A stretch of 46,450 bases of DNA from the NCBI GenBank assembly GCA_024399755.1, contig JAKSNN010000001.1, positions 1 to 46,450 on the forward strand, in the 5' to 3' direction. Under the pieces are notes generated by a model, which saw only the letters and a program-made list of their open reading frames with translations, was not told where the DNA came from and searched no databases. Positions within the stretch are counted from its first letter, which is position 1. Every line of letters starts with the position of its first letter. The position numbers and the translations under genes were made by a program. The stretch comes from Paludibacteraceae bacterium (GTDB taxonomy: Bacteria; Bacteroidota; Bacteroidia; Bacteroidales; Paludibacteraceae). Shown piece after piece: positions 18,752 to 28,466 of the stretch.

Positions 18752-20308
18752 TCAATTATTCTTTTGTTTACGTTGTGGTTTTAGGAAGACGTCGCCCGGA
18801 AGTTTAGGGCGTTCGTCATCTGCCCAAAAGAAGGCAGCAAGTCGGTCGGCTCCATTCGGTACTTGGTCTAAAGGATAAATAGTACCTTGTGGCTGGTTAA
18901 GGAAAAGAACACGCTCTATTGTGTTATCTTCTACAAAAATCGTTACAGAACTACTTTCGGAAGTATTCATTCCGATATATTCTCCTTTATCTGTAGGGTA
19001 ATAGATGGTTCGTGCATTACCATCTACTACTACATGTTCGAGTTCGCCATTACGCATATACGCCGTCATCTCTTTTCCGCTTAGTTGGTTGTAATAATCA
19101 TCGGTTTCCTGCTGAATAGCGAGAGCATTTGCCGTGCCGACAATATGGTCAATCGTACTATCTTTAAGGTAGATGTCAATTTGGTCGGCAGATATTTGCG
19201 AGTTCTCGTTCCAACAGACAGGCTCCGTGAATAGGCGAACAATAGAATCGTTATCGGTATAAGTCATCGAGTCGCATTTGGCTTGCAGGTCAATGCTGTA
19301 CATTCTCACACCATAGTGGGCACGTAGGAAATGATAGACGGTATCTGTGAGCGAGTCTTTTTGGTAAGGAATCTCACAGGTATAAATAGTATCAGCATGT
19401 ACATATACCCAATCGGAATCCGCCCAATCAACCCAGAGCGCACTATCGGTAACGAAGCCCCGACTATGCTGCTCATACATCTCACCATAATTGCCATATA
19501 GTGTAGCTTTTTGCACGGAATCGGTAAGGGCAATACGCTGGAGTGCTTGTCCGAAGCCCTGCTTCTTATCATAAAAGATCGTGTCTCCCGTCATCGTCTT
19601 GCCGTCATTATGAACAATAAGCGAGCGGTTGAGCAGCATAGAATGTTCGGTAGCCGTATTATACCAACCTTTAGAGGTATGAATCGTCGTTTCTTTTTCG
19701 TAGATGATTTCCGTTGGACTGACAATATCCGCAATATGCGTCTGCGTATTATAGTGCAAGGTGTTAGAGGTGAGAGTAAACCTGTCGTTCAAAAGACGGA
19801 CACTATCACGAAAGAAGGCTTTGTAAGTAGAAGTGGAGTATTGTCCCCAAATAGAAGTAAGAGTATTCAGGCTATCCCGAATAGTGCCTCCCGTAAAGTA
19901 GTAAGCGAGATTAGAAGTACGGTTGTAATTCAGGCTATCCGTAGTGAGAATCGTGGAGTTGTGTACAAGGCGTACATTTCGGCAGAGACGTGCCAAACGT
20001 GTGTTGCCGTTATAGAATAATTTATCGCCATAGCCGAATAAGGTGTCTCCTTGCTCAAAGCGAATATGCCCAAAGGCATCAATAGAATTGTCTTTCTCAT
20101 AGAAGTAGGCAGAGTCACAATACATCCATGCGCTATCGTGTCGGAAGACTACATCTCCTTTTAGGATTTGTGCATCAGGTAGGCGTTGCTCGTCAAAAGA
20201 AAGCGTATTGGAGTGCTCAAGATATACCATGGTCTGTGCTGAACACAATGTGCCCAGCATCAGTACAAACCATATATACGCGCATCGTCTCATTCTTTGT
20301 GTATCCAA
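18752..20308 (-). CDS. OstA/LptD-N-terminal-like domain protein
   Basis: 518 aa with a signal peptide ending CSAQ and a repetitive beta-rich sequence, in an envelope-biogenesis context next to SurA-like genes. The alternative start M6 at 20293 removes the overlap. Confidence 0.55.
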   Translation of the reverse strand: MDTQRMRRCAYIWFVLMLGTLCSAQTMVYLEHSNTLSFDEQRLPDAQILKGDVVFRHDSAWMYCDSAYFYEKDNSIDAFGHIRFEQGDTLFGYGDKLFYNGNTRLARLCRNVRLVHNSTILTTDSLNYNRTSNLAYYFTGGTIRDSLNTLTSIWGQYSTSTYKAFFRDSVRLLNDRFTLTSNTLHYNTQTHIADIVSPTEIIYEKETTIHTSKGWYNTATEHSMLLNRSLIVHNDGKTMTGDTIFYDKKQGFGQALQRIALTDSVQKATLYGNYGEMYEQHSRGFVTDSALWVDWADSDWVYVHADTIYTCEIPYQKDSLTDTVYHFLRAHYGVRMYSIDLQAKCDSMTYTDNDSIVRLFTEPVCWNENSQISADQIDIYLKDSTIDHIVGTANALAIQQETDDYYNQLSGKEMTAYMRNGELEHVVVDGNARTIYYPTDKGEYIGMNTSESSSVTIFVEDNTIERVLFLNQPQGTIYPLDQVPNGADRLAAFFWADDERPKLPGDVFLKPQRKQKNN

Positions 20309-21642
20309 TTGGGATATTCAAAATCGCAACCTGCCCATTCCGGGTCAATCTTAACGTAGGTAGATTGTTGCTTTTTGAGAATCCAGTCGTGGATATAATC
20401 TGCCGACATCTTTTGCACCAACAAATCTTTGATAGTCTGGAAGTCATCGGTCAGGTTGGCTCTATGTATATCCGTCTTCTTGCGAAGTTTAACGATGGCG
20501 CAAACCTCTTTGTTCTTGGCTTGGTCCATCATGACAAACGGCGCAGATATTTCGCCCTCCTGCATCGTATAGATCTGTTTGGCAATCTCGGGAGGAAGGT
20601 CTTGGAACTCGAATTTACCGGAACCCGTATTCGGATTCATCATAAGTCCTGCATTCATCGAGGTATTCTTGTCCTCGGAGAAATGTAAAACTGCCTGTTC
20701 AAACGTCACTTTATCGTTGCGGATATCGCTTGCAATGGAATCGAGGCGTGCCAATGCCTTCACTTTATCGTCGGCAGAAATGCGTGGGCGAAGCAGGATA
20801 TGGCGGCAATTGATACGTTCGCCTTTCTTCTCAATCAGTTGAATGATATGATAGCCGTATTCGGTTTGCACGATACGGGACACTTTCTTCGGATCGTTCA
20901 GGTTGAAGGCTACGTCTGCGAACTCCGTGACTAATTGTCCTCGCCCTACAAACCCTAACTCTCCGCCACGTTTGGCACTTTCAGTATCTTCGGAATAGAG
21001 GCGGGCTAACATGCCAAAGTCGGCACTTCCGGACGTGACCCGCTCGGTAAATTCGCGCAGGCGTGTCTTGATTCGCTCGGTTTCCTCTTGGGGTACAGCA
21101 GGTTCAAAGTTAAGAATCTGTACCTCCACTTGCGCAGGAACCATAGGAACAGAATCTTGCGGCAAGGAACTATAGAATCGGCGAATCTCTGCGGGAGTAG
21201 GCTTGATGTTTTCCGTCAGTTTTGACTGCATCTGCTGAATAATCAGTTGGTTACGCACCGTGACCATCATCTCTTCGCGAATCTCGCTGCTGGTTTTGCG
21301 AAAATACTCCTCCATCTTTTCTTTCGAGCCGATTTGCGAGATATAATAGTTGATTCGCATATCAACCTGATGGCTAACGGTAGATTCGTTGACCTCGATG
21401 GAGTCCAATTCGGCTTGGTGAAGGAAGAGTTTTTGTATAGCGATCTGCTCAGGAATGACGCAATAAGGATCGCCTGCAATCTGTTGCCCTTCGTATAAAG
21501 CGCGAAGTCGCTCTTCTTCTACTTCGCTGCGGAGAATAGCCTCATCTCCTACTACCCAAATTACTTCATCAATAATTCCGCTTTGCGCGTGCAAAAGGGT
21601 AGTACACAGAAAGAATGTCAGAAAGATACTAATCTTTTTCAT
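20290..21642 (-). CDS. SurA-like peptidyl-prolyl isomerase (parvulin domain)
   Basis: Signal peptide MKKISIFLTFFLCTTLLHAQ and parvulin core GGELGFVGRGQLVTEFADVAF...EYGYHIIQL. The ATG at 21642 is preferred over 21675. Confidence 0.85.
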   Translation of the reverse strand: MKKISIFLTFFLCTTLLHAQSGIIDEVIWVVGDEAILRSEVEEERLRALYEGQQIAGDPYCVIPEQIAIQKLFLHQAELDSIEVNESTVSHQVDMRINYYISQIGSKEKMEEYFRKTSSEIREEMMVTVRNQLIIQQMQSKLTENIKPTPAEIRRFYSSLPQDSVPMVPAQVEVQILNFEPAVPQEETERIKTRLREFTERVTSGSADFGMLARLYSEDTESAKRGGELGFVGRGQLVTEFADVAFNLNDPKKVSRIVQTEYGYHIIQLIEKKGERINCRHILLRPRISADDKVKALARLDSIASDIRNDKVTFEQAVLHFSEDKNTSMNAGLMMNPNTGSGKFEFQDLPPEIAKQIYTMQEGEISAPFVMMDQAKNKEVCAIVKLRKKTDIHRANLTDDFQTIKDLLVQKMSADYIHDWILKKQQSTYVKIDPEWAGCDFEYPNWIHKE

Positions 21643-22477
21643 ATAATTGGAGTTTCTTGAAGCGTAAGGCTTCATTATACAATTCGTGGTATTGCTGTTT
21701 CAAAAAATCGACTTGCCGTCTTGCCAAGATAATATCCTTGATTTGCGGTTTGGCATAGTCGAAAGGCATCTTCTCGTTGGCTTTGCGCAGGTCGGTAAGT
21801 TGTAGGATATACGTCGAAACCGAGTCGCTCAGTTCGATTTGACTATGCTGCCCAAGATGTTGAGTAAACTCGTTTCTCTCGTAGGGCATCCACATGAGGA
21901 GTTGATTTGCCGTAGTCCATGAGTCAAGAAAAAGTTCGTATCCCGAAGCATACTGATACGCATATTTCTCGATTTGCTCGATGTTCTTCTCGTTGGGAGT
22001 TGCCATCCATTTGCGCAGTTTATCCATTTTAGGTGCGCCATTAGGAACTACTACAAATATCCCTTTCAAGATGTGCTCATGTAGAATAAACTGGTCGGTA
22101 TGCTGCTCATAGAAGTCTTTAATCAGCGTATCCGCAACCTGTGTGCTCATCTTTTGGCGAATAAGGCGCTCGTTGTACTTATGGGTATAAAGAGAACGGC
22201 GGTAGGCCTCCACTTGGTTTTCCAAATCTTTGTCGCTATGACGTCGCGCCTTTTGATATGCGAGAATAGATGTAGCCCACTGATAGATGTACTGGTTGGC
22301 GATTTTTGCACTGTCTTCTCCTGTATGCCCAACGGTAACGGCGTCAAGGTCTTGCCGGAAAAGCACTTCCTCTCCAATCTCTGCCACAGCACCTTCTTTT
22401 TGTTGCTCCGTAAAGAGCCGGCAGCCCGATAATCCTACGATTAAAGGTATGAAAAGTATGTATCTATTGATGTTCAT
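21629..22477 (-). CDS. SurA-N-terminal-like chaperone lipoprotein
   Basis: Lipobox in MNINRYILFIPLIVGLSGC. It is helical and lacks a clear parvulin core. The ATG at 22477 is preferred over 22549, which lies upstream of the promoter. Confidence 0.55.
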   Translation of the reverse strand: MNINRYILFIPLIVGLSGCRLFTEQQKEGAVAEIGEEVLFRQDLDAVTVGHTGEDSAKIANQYIYQWATSILAYQKARRHSDKDLENQVEAYRRSLYTHKYNERLIRQKMSTQVADTLIKDFYEQHTDQFILHEHILKGIFVVVPNGAPKMDKLRKWMATPNEKNIEQIEKYAYQYASGYELFLDSWTTANQLLMWMPYERNEFTQHLGQHSQIELSDSVSTYILQLTDLRKANEKMPFDYAKPQIKDIILARRQVDFLKQQYHELYNEALRFKKLQLYEKD

Positions 22478-22504
22478 AATGGTGTATGATATACATTGCG
22501 CTTG

Positions 22505-22536
22505 CAAAGGTACAAAAAAAATGCCAATTAACCAAA
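22505..22536 (-). promoter_or_regulatory. Bacteroidota-type promoter for the SurA-like/OstA/dnaG block
   Basis: The plus strand has CAAAGGTA at 22505-22512 and CAAA at 22533-22536 with a 20-nt spacer. Confidence 0.6.
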
Positions 22537-22545
22537 AGTTAATTG
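22513..22545 (-). terminator. Possible weak terminator after ribD
   Basis: 8-bp AT-rich stem CAATTAAC (22525-22532) / GTTAATTG (22538-22545). On the minus strand it is followed by GCATTTTTTTT. Confidence 0.35.
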
Positions 22546-22589
22546 ACAAAAAGAATTATTTTTGGCTTATATGCCCGATTTTTAGTCCT

Positions 22590-23624
22590 TTACTGGACAA
22601 TTCGGTATAGGCGATTGCCCCGTATCGTCTCATACGAGGCACAGAGCGAAACTTGCGGAGCAGGGACGCCATCACCTATTGTTGCGGGCGAAACTTCTAC
22701 ATGAATCTCATCATACATGCCTGTTTGCAGGATATGGCAGAGCAAAGTTGTCCCTCCTTCTACCAAAATAGAATGGATATTGCGTTGTGCCAAATCGGCA
22801 AGAATGAATCGCCAATCCGTATTGTCGCGATAAACAACCGTTTCTGCATCAGGCGAAAAGATGCGTGCATCAGGCTGTACGCGACCATGCCGATCTAAGA
22901 GCACACGTATCGGATTTCTCCCATTCCATCGGGTTACTCGCAAAGAAGGGTTGTCCAAAAGTGCGGTCCGTGTACCTACCATAATTGCCATGTTCTCCGC
23001 CCTCATCTTGTGGACTATCTGCTTGGTAATAGGGTTGGATATGACGAGGGGCGGTTCGGAAGTACCGATGTCCCGTTTTTTGTCGATGAAACCGTCGGAA
23101 GTCTGTGCCCACTTCAGGATAACGTACGGGCGTTTTTTCTCGTGAAGGCACAGGAAACGGCGATTAAGCAAACGGCATTCCTGCTCTAATACTCCTACAA
23201 TAACTTCGATTCCTGCTTCGCGCAGCAAGCGGACTCCTCTACCTGCGACTTGCGGATTAGGGTCCAAGATACCGACTACCACGCGTTTGACGCCTTTCGA
23301 TATGATGAGGTTGGCACAAGGGGGCGTTTTGCCATAATGGCTGCAAGGCTCTAAACTAACGAAGAGCGTAGCGCGGGAAAAGTCGGTGAAACCGTGACTT
23401 TCTGCATCTCGGAAGCAATTTACTTCGGCATGAGGTCCTCCGAATTGGCGATGCCAACCCTCTCCCAAAATACGGCCGCTTGCGATACTGTTTTTCCCGA
23501 TGGAATCGGCAGTTTCTGACATTTCTATTAATACGGCACCTACCATCGGATTAGGGGCTACATAGTATTCTCCTAATCTTGCCAATTGTAGGCAACGGGA
23601 CATATACAACTCGTTAGTAGTCAT
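22590..23624 (-). CDS. ribD: Bifunctional riboflavin biosynthesis deaminase/reductase
   Basis: 344 aa with deaminase zinc motifs HAEVNCF and PCSHYGKTPPC and a C-terminal reductase domain. Confidence 0.95.
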   Translation of the reverse strand: MTTNELYMSRCLQLARLGEYYVAPNPMVGAVLIEMSETADSIGKNSIASGRILGEGWHRQFGGPHAEVNCFRDAESHGFTDFSRATLFVSLEPCSHYGKTPPCANLIISKGVKRVVVGILDPNPQVAGRGVRLLREAGIEVIVGVLEQECRLLNRRFLCLHEKKRPYVILKWAQTSDGFIDKKRDIGTSEPPLVISNPITKQIVHKMRAENMAIMVGTRTALLDNPSLRVTRWNGRNPIRVLLDRHGRVQPDARIFSPDAETVVYRDNTDWRFILADLAQRNIHSILVEGGTTLLCHILQTGMYDEIHVEVSPATIGDGVPAPQVSLCASYETIRGNRLYRIVQ

Positions 23625-23636
23625 ATACCGAAAGAA

Positions 23637-24680
23637 TCAGTAATAGAGATAGCCAGCAGCACGAAGTTCTTTGATATTACGAAACGGATGTGCAGGGTGC
23701 AGATAACGGGCGAGATACGTATATACCTCCAAACGCAGTTCTCCACTCTCGGGATTATCAATCAATTGGAACTGGTGTGACCCGGGCATCCATGGATAGA
23801 TGGTATATTCAAAATCTTTCTTCTCACGTTTAAGCGCTTCAATCATACGATTTACTTCCGTCCAACTCACGTCATTATCGTTGACACAGGTGGCGATTTT
23901 AAGCGGTTTGCGCAAGAGTTGTGCGTAATTGACGGGAGAACGGCGGGCATACTCTTCCGGGGCCTCGGCAGGAGTGGCTCCTACGTGGTACGACGGGGTA
24001 AAATTGTCGGCATAATCGGGAGTCAGGTAACTCAAACGATATGCGACATCACTAACGGGAACTCCCGCGAAAGCGCAAGCGTAACTATCCGGATAACGGA
24101 GGATATTCATCAGCGAAATCATACCTCCGTGACTCCAGCCGATGATACCTACACGAGCGGAATCCACGATGCTGTAATTATCGACCATGTAGTTACGAAC
24201 GGCAAGAACATCTTCGTTCTCGAGTCCTCCGTAGTCGATGGCTTCGTAATATCCTTGTCCGTAACCGATGGAACCGCGATATTCCGGCATTGTAACGATA
24301 TAGCCTTGCGCTACCAACTCGCGGATAAGGTGCATCCAATATGTGCAAACATTACCATGTACCCCGCCATGAGGCATTACGATAAGCGGATATTTCTTGT
24401 TTTGCTTGAGATTTTTAGGAAAATAGATGTACGAGCGCACCACAAAAGGAAGGTTGCGGAGCGTGTCAAGAAAGGCACAACCTACCTCCGGCGGCAAAAC
24501 ATGTAAAGGCTGACTGGTGATATTGACAATGTCAATGTCGGCATGTCTGCTCAGATAATCGAACATAAGGATTTCCTCATGTTGCCGGTTGAGAACCAAG
24601 TAGTCGTGTTGGTCGTTCTCCTGCGCCGAAAGCGTTAGGACGGAAGCCAATAATCCGATAAAAAATACAATCTTACGCAT
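23637..24680 (-). CDS. Secreted alpha/beta hydrolase, S9 (prolyl oligopeptidase/DLH-like) catalytic domain only
   Basis: 347 aa with signal peptide ...TLSAQ. Shows the nucleophile elbow GWSHGG, then a candidate Asp (VNDNDVS) and His (PGSHQF) in S9 order. No beta-propeller is present. Confidence 0.8.
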   Translation of the reverse strand: MRKIVFFIGLLASVLTLSAQENDQHDYLVLNRQHEEILMFDYLSRHADIDIVNITSQPLHVLPPEVGCAFLDTLRNLPFVVRSYIYFPKNLKQNKKYPLIVMPHGGVHGNVCTYWMHLIRELVAQGYIVTMPEYRGSIGYGQGYYEAIDYGGLENEDVLAVRNYMVDNYSIVDSARVGIIGWSHGGMISLMNILRYPDSYACAFAGVPVSDVAYRLSYLTPDYADNFTPSYHVGATPAEAPEEYARRSPVNYAQLLRKPLKIATCVNDNDVSWTEVNRMIEALKREKKDFEYTIYPWMPGSHQFQLIDNPESGELRLEVYTYLARYLHPAHPFRNIKELRAAGYLYY

Positions 24681-24713
24681 AATTAATTATGAATTATGAA
24701 TTTTGAATTCATG
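24681..24713. repeat. About 4 x 7-bp tandem repeat (AATTATG-like) in the S9 hydrolase 5' leader
   Basis: AATTATG at 24685 and 24692, AATTTTG at 24699 and AATTCATG at 24706, directly abutting the start codon at 24680. Confidence 0.8.
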
Positions 24714-24733
24714 AGTTGAAGCCAATTCGGGCA

Positions 24734-24764
24734 CAAAGGTACTACAAATTTTCCGAATGTGCAA
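24734..24764 (-). promoter_or_regulatory. Bacteroidota-type promoter for the S9 hydrolase
   Basis: Minus strand reads TTGCACATTCGGAAAATTTGTAGTACCTTTG (the 31-mer that is identical at three sites). Confidence 0.7.
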
Positions 24765-24806
24765 GATTTTTTCATTTTTCATAAAAATGATGCGCTGTAA
24801 GCGGCT

Positions 24807-24914
24807 AATGATGCAAAAAGACATATCGAAAAAGTATCGGCAAAGTATCGGTCAAGTATCGGAGTGCTCCGTTAGTGCTCCGTTAATGCTCCGTTAGTGC
24901 TCCGTTAGTTGGTT
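24807..24914 (-). promoter_or_regulatory. Upstream repeat module, copy A (4 x AACGGAGCAyT + 3 x CCGATACTTnn, read on the minus strand)
   Basis: 11-bp units at 24863-24906 (4 copies) and 24830-24862 (3 copies). The reverse complement matches 40203-40285 at 81/83 positions by hand alignment. The module end lies 65 nt upstream of the -7 box. Confidence 0.75.
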
Positions 24915-25055
24915 GCTGTTTTTATAGTTAAGAATGGCTGACGCCTTGCCAATTGCAAAGCGCTCATCGGCTTATGTGAACAAGTTCCCAACGCCAAGCG
25001 TTCCTTGCCATTGAGATGAAATCATCTATCTCGCCCACAAAAATTCCCTTTCCGC

Positions 25056-25086
25056 TTGCACATTCGGAAAATTTGTAGTACCTTTG
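25056..25086 (+). promoter_or_regulatory. Bacteroidota-type promoter for dxs
   Basis: TTGCACATTCGGAAAATTTGTAGTACCTTTG, about 100 nt upstream of the dxs ATG. Confidence 0.7.
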
Positions 25087-25186
25087 CAAAAGTTTTGATT
25101 AACTTATGTTAAACTGACCCGATTACAAAGGAAAGACTTCACAGAGGAAGGTATATGCTACCGGAAATAAAGAGAAAAAGGAAATA

Positions 25187-27094
25187 ATGGAATATCAATA
25201 TATAGAACATATCAATTCAACAGCCGATTTGAAGCAACTGCCCGTGGAGGCATTACCTCACGTATGTGCTGAATTGCGTGACTTTATCATACAAGAATTA
25301 AGCCACAATCCCGGTCACCTCGGTTCGTCGTTAGGGGCAATAGAAATAACCGTAGCCCTTCATTACGTCTTTGATACTCCTTACGACCAAATCGTTTGGG
25401 ACGTGGGACACCAAGCCTACGCCCATAAAATCCTTACAGGTAGGCGTGAGCAATTCCATACCAATAGACAATTCAAGGGATTGGCTCCGTTCCCGACACC
25501 CAAAGAGAGCGAATATGACGCTTTCATAGCAGGACATGCAAGTAATAGCCTTTCGGCAGCCTTGGGGCTGGAAGTGGCAGGAGAAAAATTGGCGGAGGAA
25601 AAGGAGAGTGAGGGGGAAAGAAGAAAAGTGCCGCAAGTGGTTGCCGTGATAGGCGATGGCGCTATGACAGGTGGGTTGGCTTTTGAGGGACTGAATAATA
25701 CCTCCATGGACAAGAACAACCTGCTTATCATTCTCAACGACAACAACATGGCAATCGACCCGATTCGTGGCGGTTTTACACAGTATTTGGTAGATCTGAC
25801 GACGAGCAGTTGCTATAACAAGTGGCGTTGGCGGATCTATCAGGCATGCGTGAAACTGCACTTGATAGACGAACGGAAAAAGGATAAAGTGCTGCGCTTC
25901 CACAATAACCTGAAGACGCTTCTTACTCATCAGAAACAAAATATCTTCCAAGGGCTGAACATTCGCTATTTCGGTCCTGCCGATGGGCATGATGTAGAAG
26001 ATCTGGTTCGGATTTTGCGGGAAATAAAGAACCATCGCGGTCCGAAGGTGCTCCATATCATCACGAAGAAAGGTAAAGGATATGAGCCTGCGGAGAATAA
26101 TCAGACGGTTTGGCATGCCCCGGGAGAGTTTAATCCCGTGAACGGCGAGCGCAAAAAGTCGGGCGCAAGTCTGACACCCCTTTGGCAAGAGGTGTTCGGC
26201 GAGACGTTGCTGGAAATGGCCCGCAAGAACAAGAAGATAGTAGGCATAACACCTGCTATGCCAAGCGGTTGCTCCATGAATATCATGCAGAAAGAGTTGC
26301 CCGACAGGGTGTTTGACGTCGGTATAGCGGAAGGACATGCCGTTACGTTCAGCGCAGGTCTGGCAAAGGGCGGTTTGCTGCCGTATTGCAATATCTATTC
26401 GAGCTTCATGCAACGCGCATACGACAATATCATTCATGATGTGGCTTTATTGGGATTGCATGTAGTATTTTGTATTGATAGAGCCGGTATCGTCGGGAAT
26501 GACGGCGCTACGCACCACGGTTTGCTGGATATGGCGTATCTGCGTCCTATCCCGAACATGACTATTGCGGCTCCGATGACGGCGGACGACCTGAAGGCTA
26601 TGATGCGTTTGGCAGAGACGATAGACGGTCCGATAGCCATTCGTTATCCGCGAGGGCGGACACCTCTCTACGAAGAAGAAACGAAACCTATGGAAATAGG
26701 TAAGGGCGTTTGCCTGAAAGACGACGGAGATGAGGTGGCAGTATTGTCGATAGGCGCAATAGGAATGGCGGCTAAAGGTGCGATTGAGCGTGTGCAGAAG
26801 GAAACCGGCAGGGCAATCGGACACTACGATATGCGCTGGCTGAAGCCGATAGATACGGCGCTAATAGATGAGGTGGCAGGTAAATACAAGACGATTGTAA
26901 CCATAGAAGATGGCGTGATAAGCGGCGGACTCGGTTCTGCCGTGCTGGAATATATGGCGGACAAGGGATATACCAATCGTGTCGTACGGTTAGGCATAAA
27001 AGATACCTTCGTAGAACATGGTTCTACCGCCGAACTCTACCACATGTTAGGTTTGGACGAAGAAGGGATATATCGAGTGATTTGTAATTTGTAA
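25187..27094 (+). CDS. dxs: 1-deoxy-D-xylulose-5-phosphate synthase
   Basis: 635 aa with [27 protein letters not shown] and the ThDP motif GDGAMTGG. Confidence 0.95.
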   Translation: MEYQYIEHINSTADLKQLPVEALPHVCAELRDFIIQELSHNPGHLGSSLGAIEITVALHYVFDTPYDQIVWDVGHQAYAHKILTGRREQFHTNRQFKGLAPFPTPKESEYDAFIAGHASNSLSAALGLEVAGEKLAEEKESEGERRKVPQVVAVIGDGAMTGGLAFEGLNNTSMDKNNLLIILNDNNMAIDPIRGGFTQYLVDLTTSSCYNKWRWRIYQACVKLHLIDERKKDKVLRFHNNLKTLLTHQKQNIFQGLNIRYFGPADGHDVEDLVRILREIKNHRGPKVLHIITKKGKGYEPAENNQTVWHAPGEFNPVNGERKKSGASLTPLWQEVFGETLLEMARKNKKIVGITPAMPSGCSMNIMQKELPDRVFDVGIAEGHAVTFSAGLAKGGLLPYCNIYSSFMQRAYDNIIHDVALLGLHVVFCIDRAGIVGNDGATHHGLLDMAYLRPIPNMTIAAPMTADDLKAMMRLAETIDGPIAIRYPRGRTPLYEEETKPMEIGKGVCLKDDGDEVAVLSIGAIGMAAKGAIERVQKETGRAIGHYDMRWLKPIDTALIDEVAGKYKTIVTIEDGVISGGLGSAVLEYMADKGYTNRVVRLGIKDTFVEHGSTAELYHMLGLDEEGIYRVICNL

Positions 27095-27127
27095 TTTGTG
27101 ATTTGTGATTTTTGATTTGTAATTGAT
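27079..27127. repeat. 7 x 7-bp tandem repeat (G/A)ATTTGT spanning the dxs stop to the trkA start
   Basis: Units start at 27079, 27086, 27093, 27100, 27107, 27114 and 27121. The last 5 dxs codons (VICNL*) are encoded by the repeat, and the repeat ends at the trkA ATG (27128). Confidence 0.9.
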
Positions 27128-28462
27128 ATGAGAATCATTATTGCCGGAGCAGGAGAAGTAGGGACGCACCTCGCGAAGTTATTGTCGCGGGAAGATATGG
27201 ATATTTGTCTGATGGACGAGCAGCAAGATAGTTTGGGCGACCTTGATGCCAACTACGATATGCTTACCAAAGTGGGCAATCCGACTTCTATCCGCGATTT
27301 GAAAGACATTGGCGTAAAAGATGTTGACCTCTTTATCGCCGTTATGCCCGAGGAAACGCAGAATATGACGGCTTGCCTGATTGCGAACCAGTTAGGGGCG
27401 AAGAAGACGCTTGCACGAATAGATAACTACGAGTATCTGTTACCGGAGAATCGACAGTTCTTCGAAACAATGGGACTTAACCACCTCATCTATCCGGAAG
27501 TGCTGGCAGCAAACGAGATTGCGGAATCGCTCAAGACCAACTGGTTGCGCTATCATATCCCGCTTTGCGAAAGGGCTTTGGAGTTGTGCGTTGTTAAGGT
27601 GCGTGAGCAAGCCGAAGTAGTGGGCAAACAGTTCGCTTCGGGATTCTATAACCATGGGCGCTATCGTATCGTCGCCATCAAACGCGGTACGCAGACGATT
27701 ATACCTCGCGGACAAGACGAGGTGGAAGCGGGGGATATGATTTATGCCGTTTGCACGAAAGAGAATATGGAATTCCTGCGCGAGCAGACCGGTAAGACGA
27801 CACGGGATATACATAATGTCATCTTCTTCGGAGGTAGCCGTATCGCCCAAAAAGCGGCACAATCGCTTCCCGATGACCTCAATATCAAGATTTTGGAGAC
27901 CAATCGGGAACTCTGTTACCACCTGAGCGAAAAGATTTCCAATGCGCTGATTATCAACGCTGACGGTAGCGATATGGAAGTGCTGAAAGAGGAGGGAATA
28001 CAAGATACAGACGCTTTTGTTGCCGTGACGGAAAGTAGCGAGGCGAATATCTTTGCATGCCTTGCGGCTAAACGTTTCGGCGTGAAAAAGACGATTGCCG
28101 AAGTGGAAAATATCGACTACATCAGTATGGCAGAGGGCTTGGACATCGGTACCGTACTCAACAAGAAGACGATTACAGCCAGTTACATCTACCAGATGCT
28201 GCTCAACGCGAGTGTGCTGAACGTGCGCAACCTGACTAATGCAGATGCCGAGATAGTAGAGTTTATGGCTACGGAAGGCAGTAGGATAACGCGGGGCAAG
28301 ATTCGCGACCTCAGTCTGCCAGATGAAGCCAATATCGGCGGTATTGTCCGTGCAGGAGAGGGAATCCTTGTAAACGGCGAAACGCAGGTCTTGCCGAATG
28401 ACAAGGTGGTTGTGTTCTGCAAGAGCCATATCATTCGTAAGTTGGAGAAGTTTTTCAAATAA
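27128..28462 (+). CDS. trkA: Trk potassium uptake system, NAD-binding subunit
   Basis: 444 aa with two RCK/Rossmann halves and N-terminal IIIAGAGEVGTHLA. Confidence 0.95.
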   Translation: MRIIIAGAGEVGTHLAKLLSREDMDICLMDEQQDSLGDLDANYDMLTKVGNPTSIRDLKDIGVKDVDLFIAVMPEETQNMTACLIANQLGAKKTLARIDNYEYLLPENRQFFETMGLNHLIYPEVLAANEIAESLKTNWLRYHIPLCERALELCVVKVREQAEVVGKQFASGFYNHGRYRIVAIKRGTQTIIPRGQDEVEAGDMIYAVCTKENMEFLREQTGKTTRDIHNVIFFGGSRIAQKAAQSLPDDLNIKILETNRELCYHLSEKISNALIINADGSDMEVLKEEGIQDTDAFVAVTESSEANIFACLAAKRFGVKKTIAEVENIDYISMAEGLDIGTVLNKKTITASYIYQMLLNASVLNVRNLTNADAEIVEFMATEGSRITRGKIRDLSLPDEANIGGIVRAGEGILVNGETQVLPNDKVVVFCKSHIIRKLEKFFK

Positions 28463-28466
28463 CGGT

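Noticed and set aside
23625-23636. An FMN riboswitch upstream of ribD.
   Set aside because: Only 12 nt separate ribD from the preceding gene, leaving no room for an RFN element. ribD appears co-transcribed with the S9 hydrolase gene.
24863-24906. The 11-bp tandem arrays as a CRISPR array.
   Set aside because: The units are contiguous with no spacers and are only 11 bp long. No cas genes are present.
24934-25014. A 26-codon ORF (MADALPIAKRSSAYVNKFPTPSVPCH*) and slightly GC-richer sequence between the two divergent promoters, considered as a possible gene remnant or sRNA.
   Set aside because: It has no promoter box, no terminator and no recognisable motif. I cannot distinguish it from spacer DNA without homology searches.
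25155-25187. Short uORFs ending at main start codons: [10 protein letters not shown] overlapping the dxs ATG as TAATG, and a 9-codon uORF in the S9 hydrolase leader (24683-24712, minus strand).
   Set aside because: Such tiny AT-rich ORFs are expected by chance in these leaders. I cannot support translation or a regulatory role from sequence alone.
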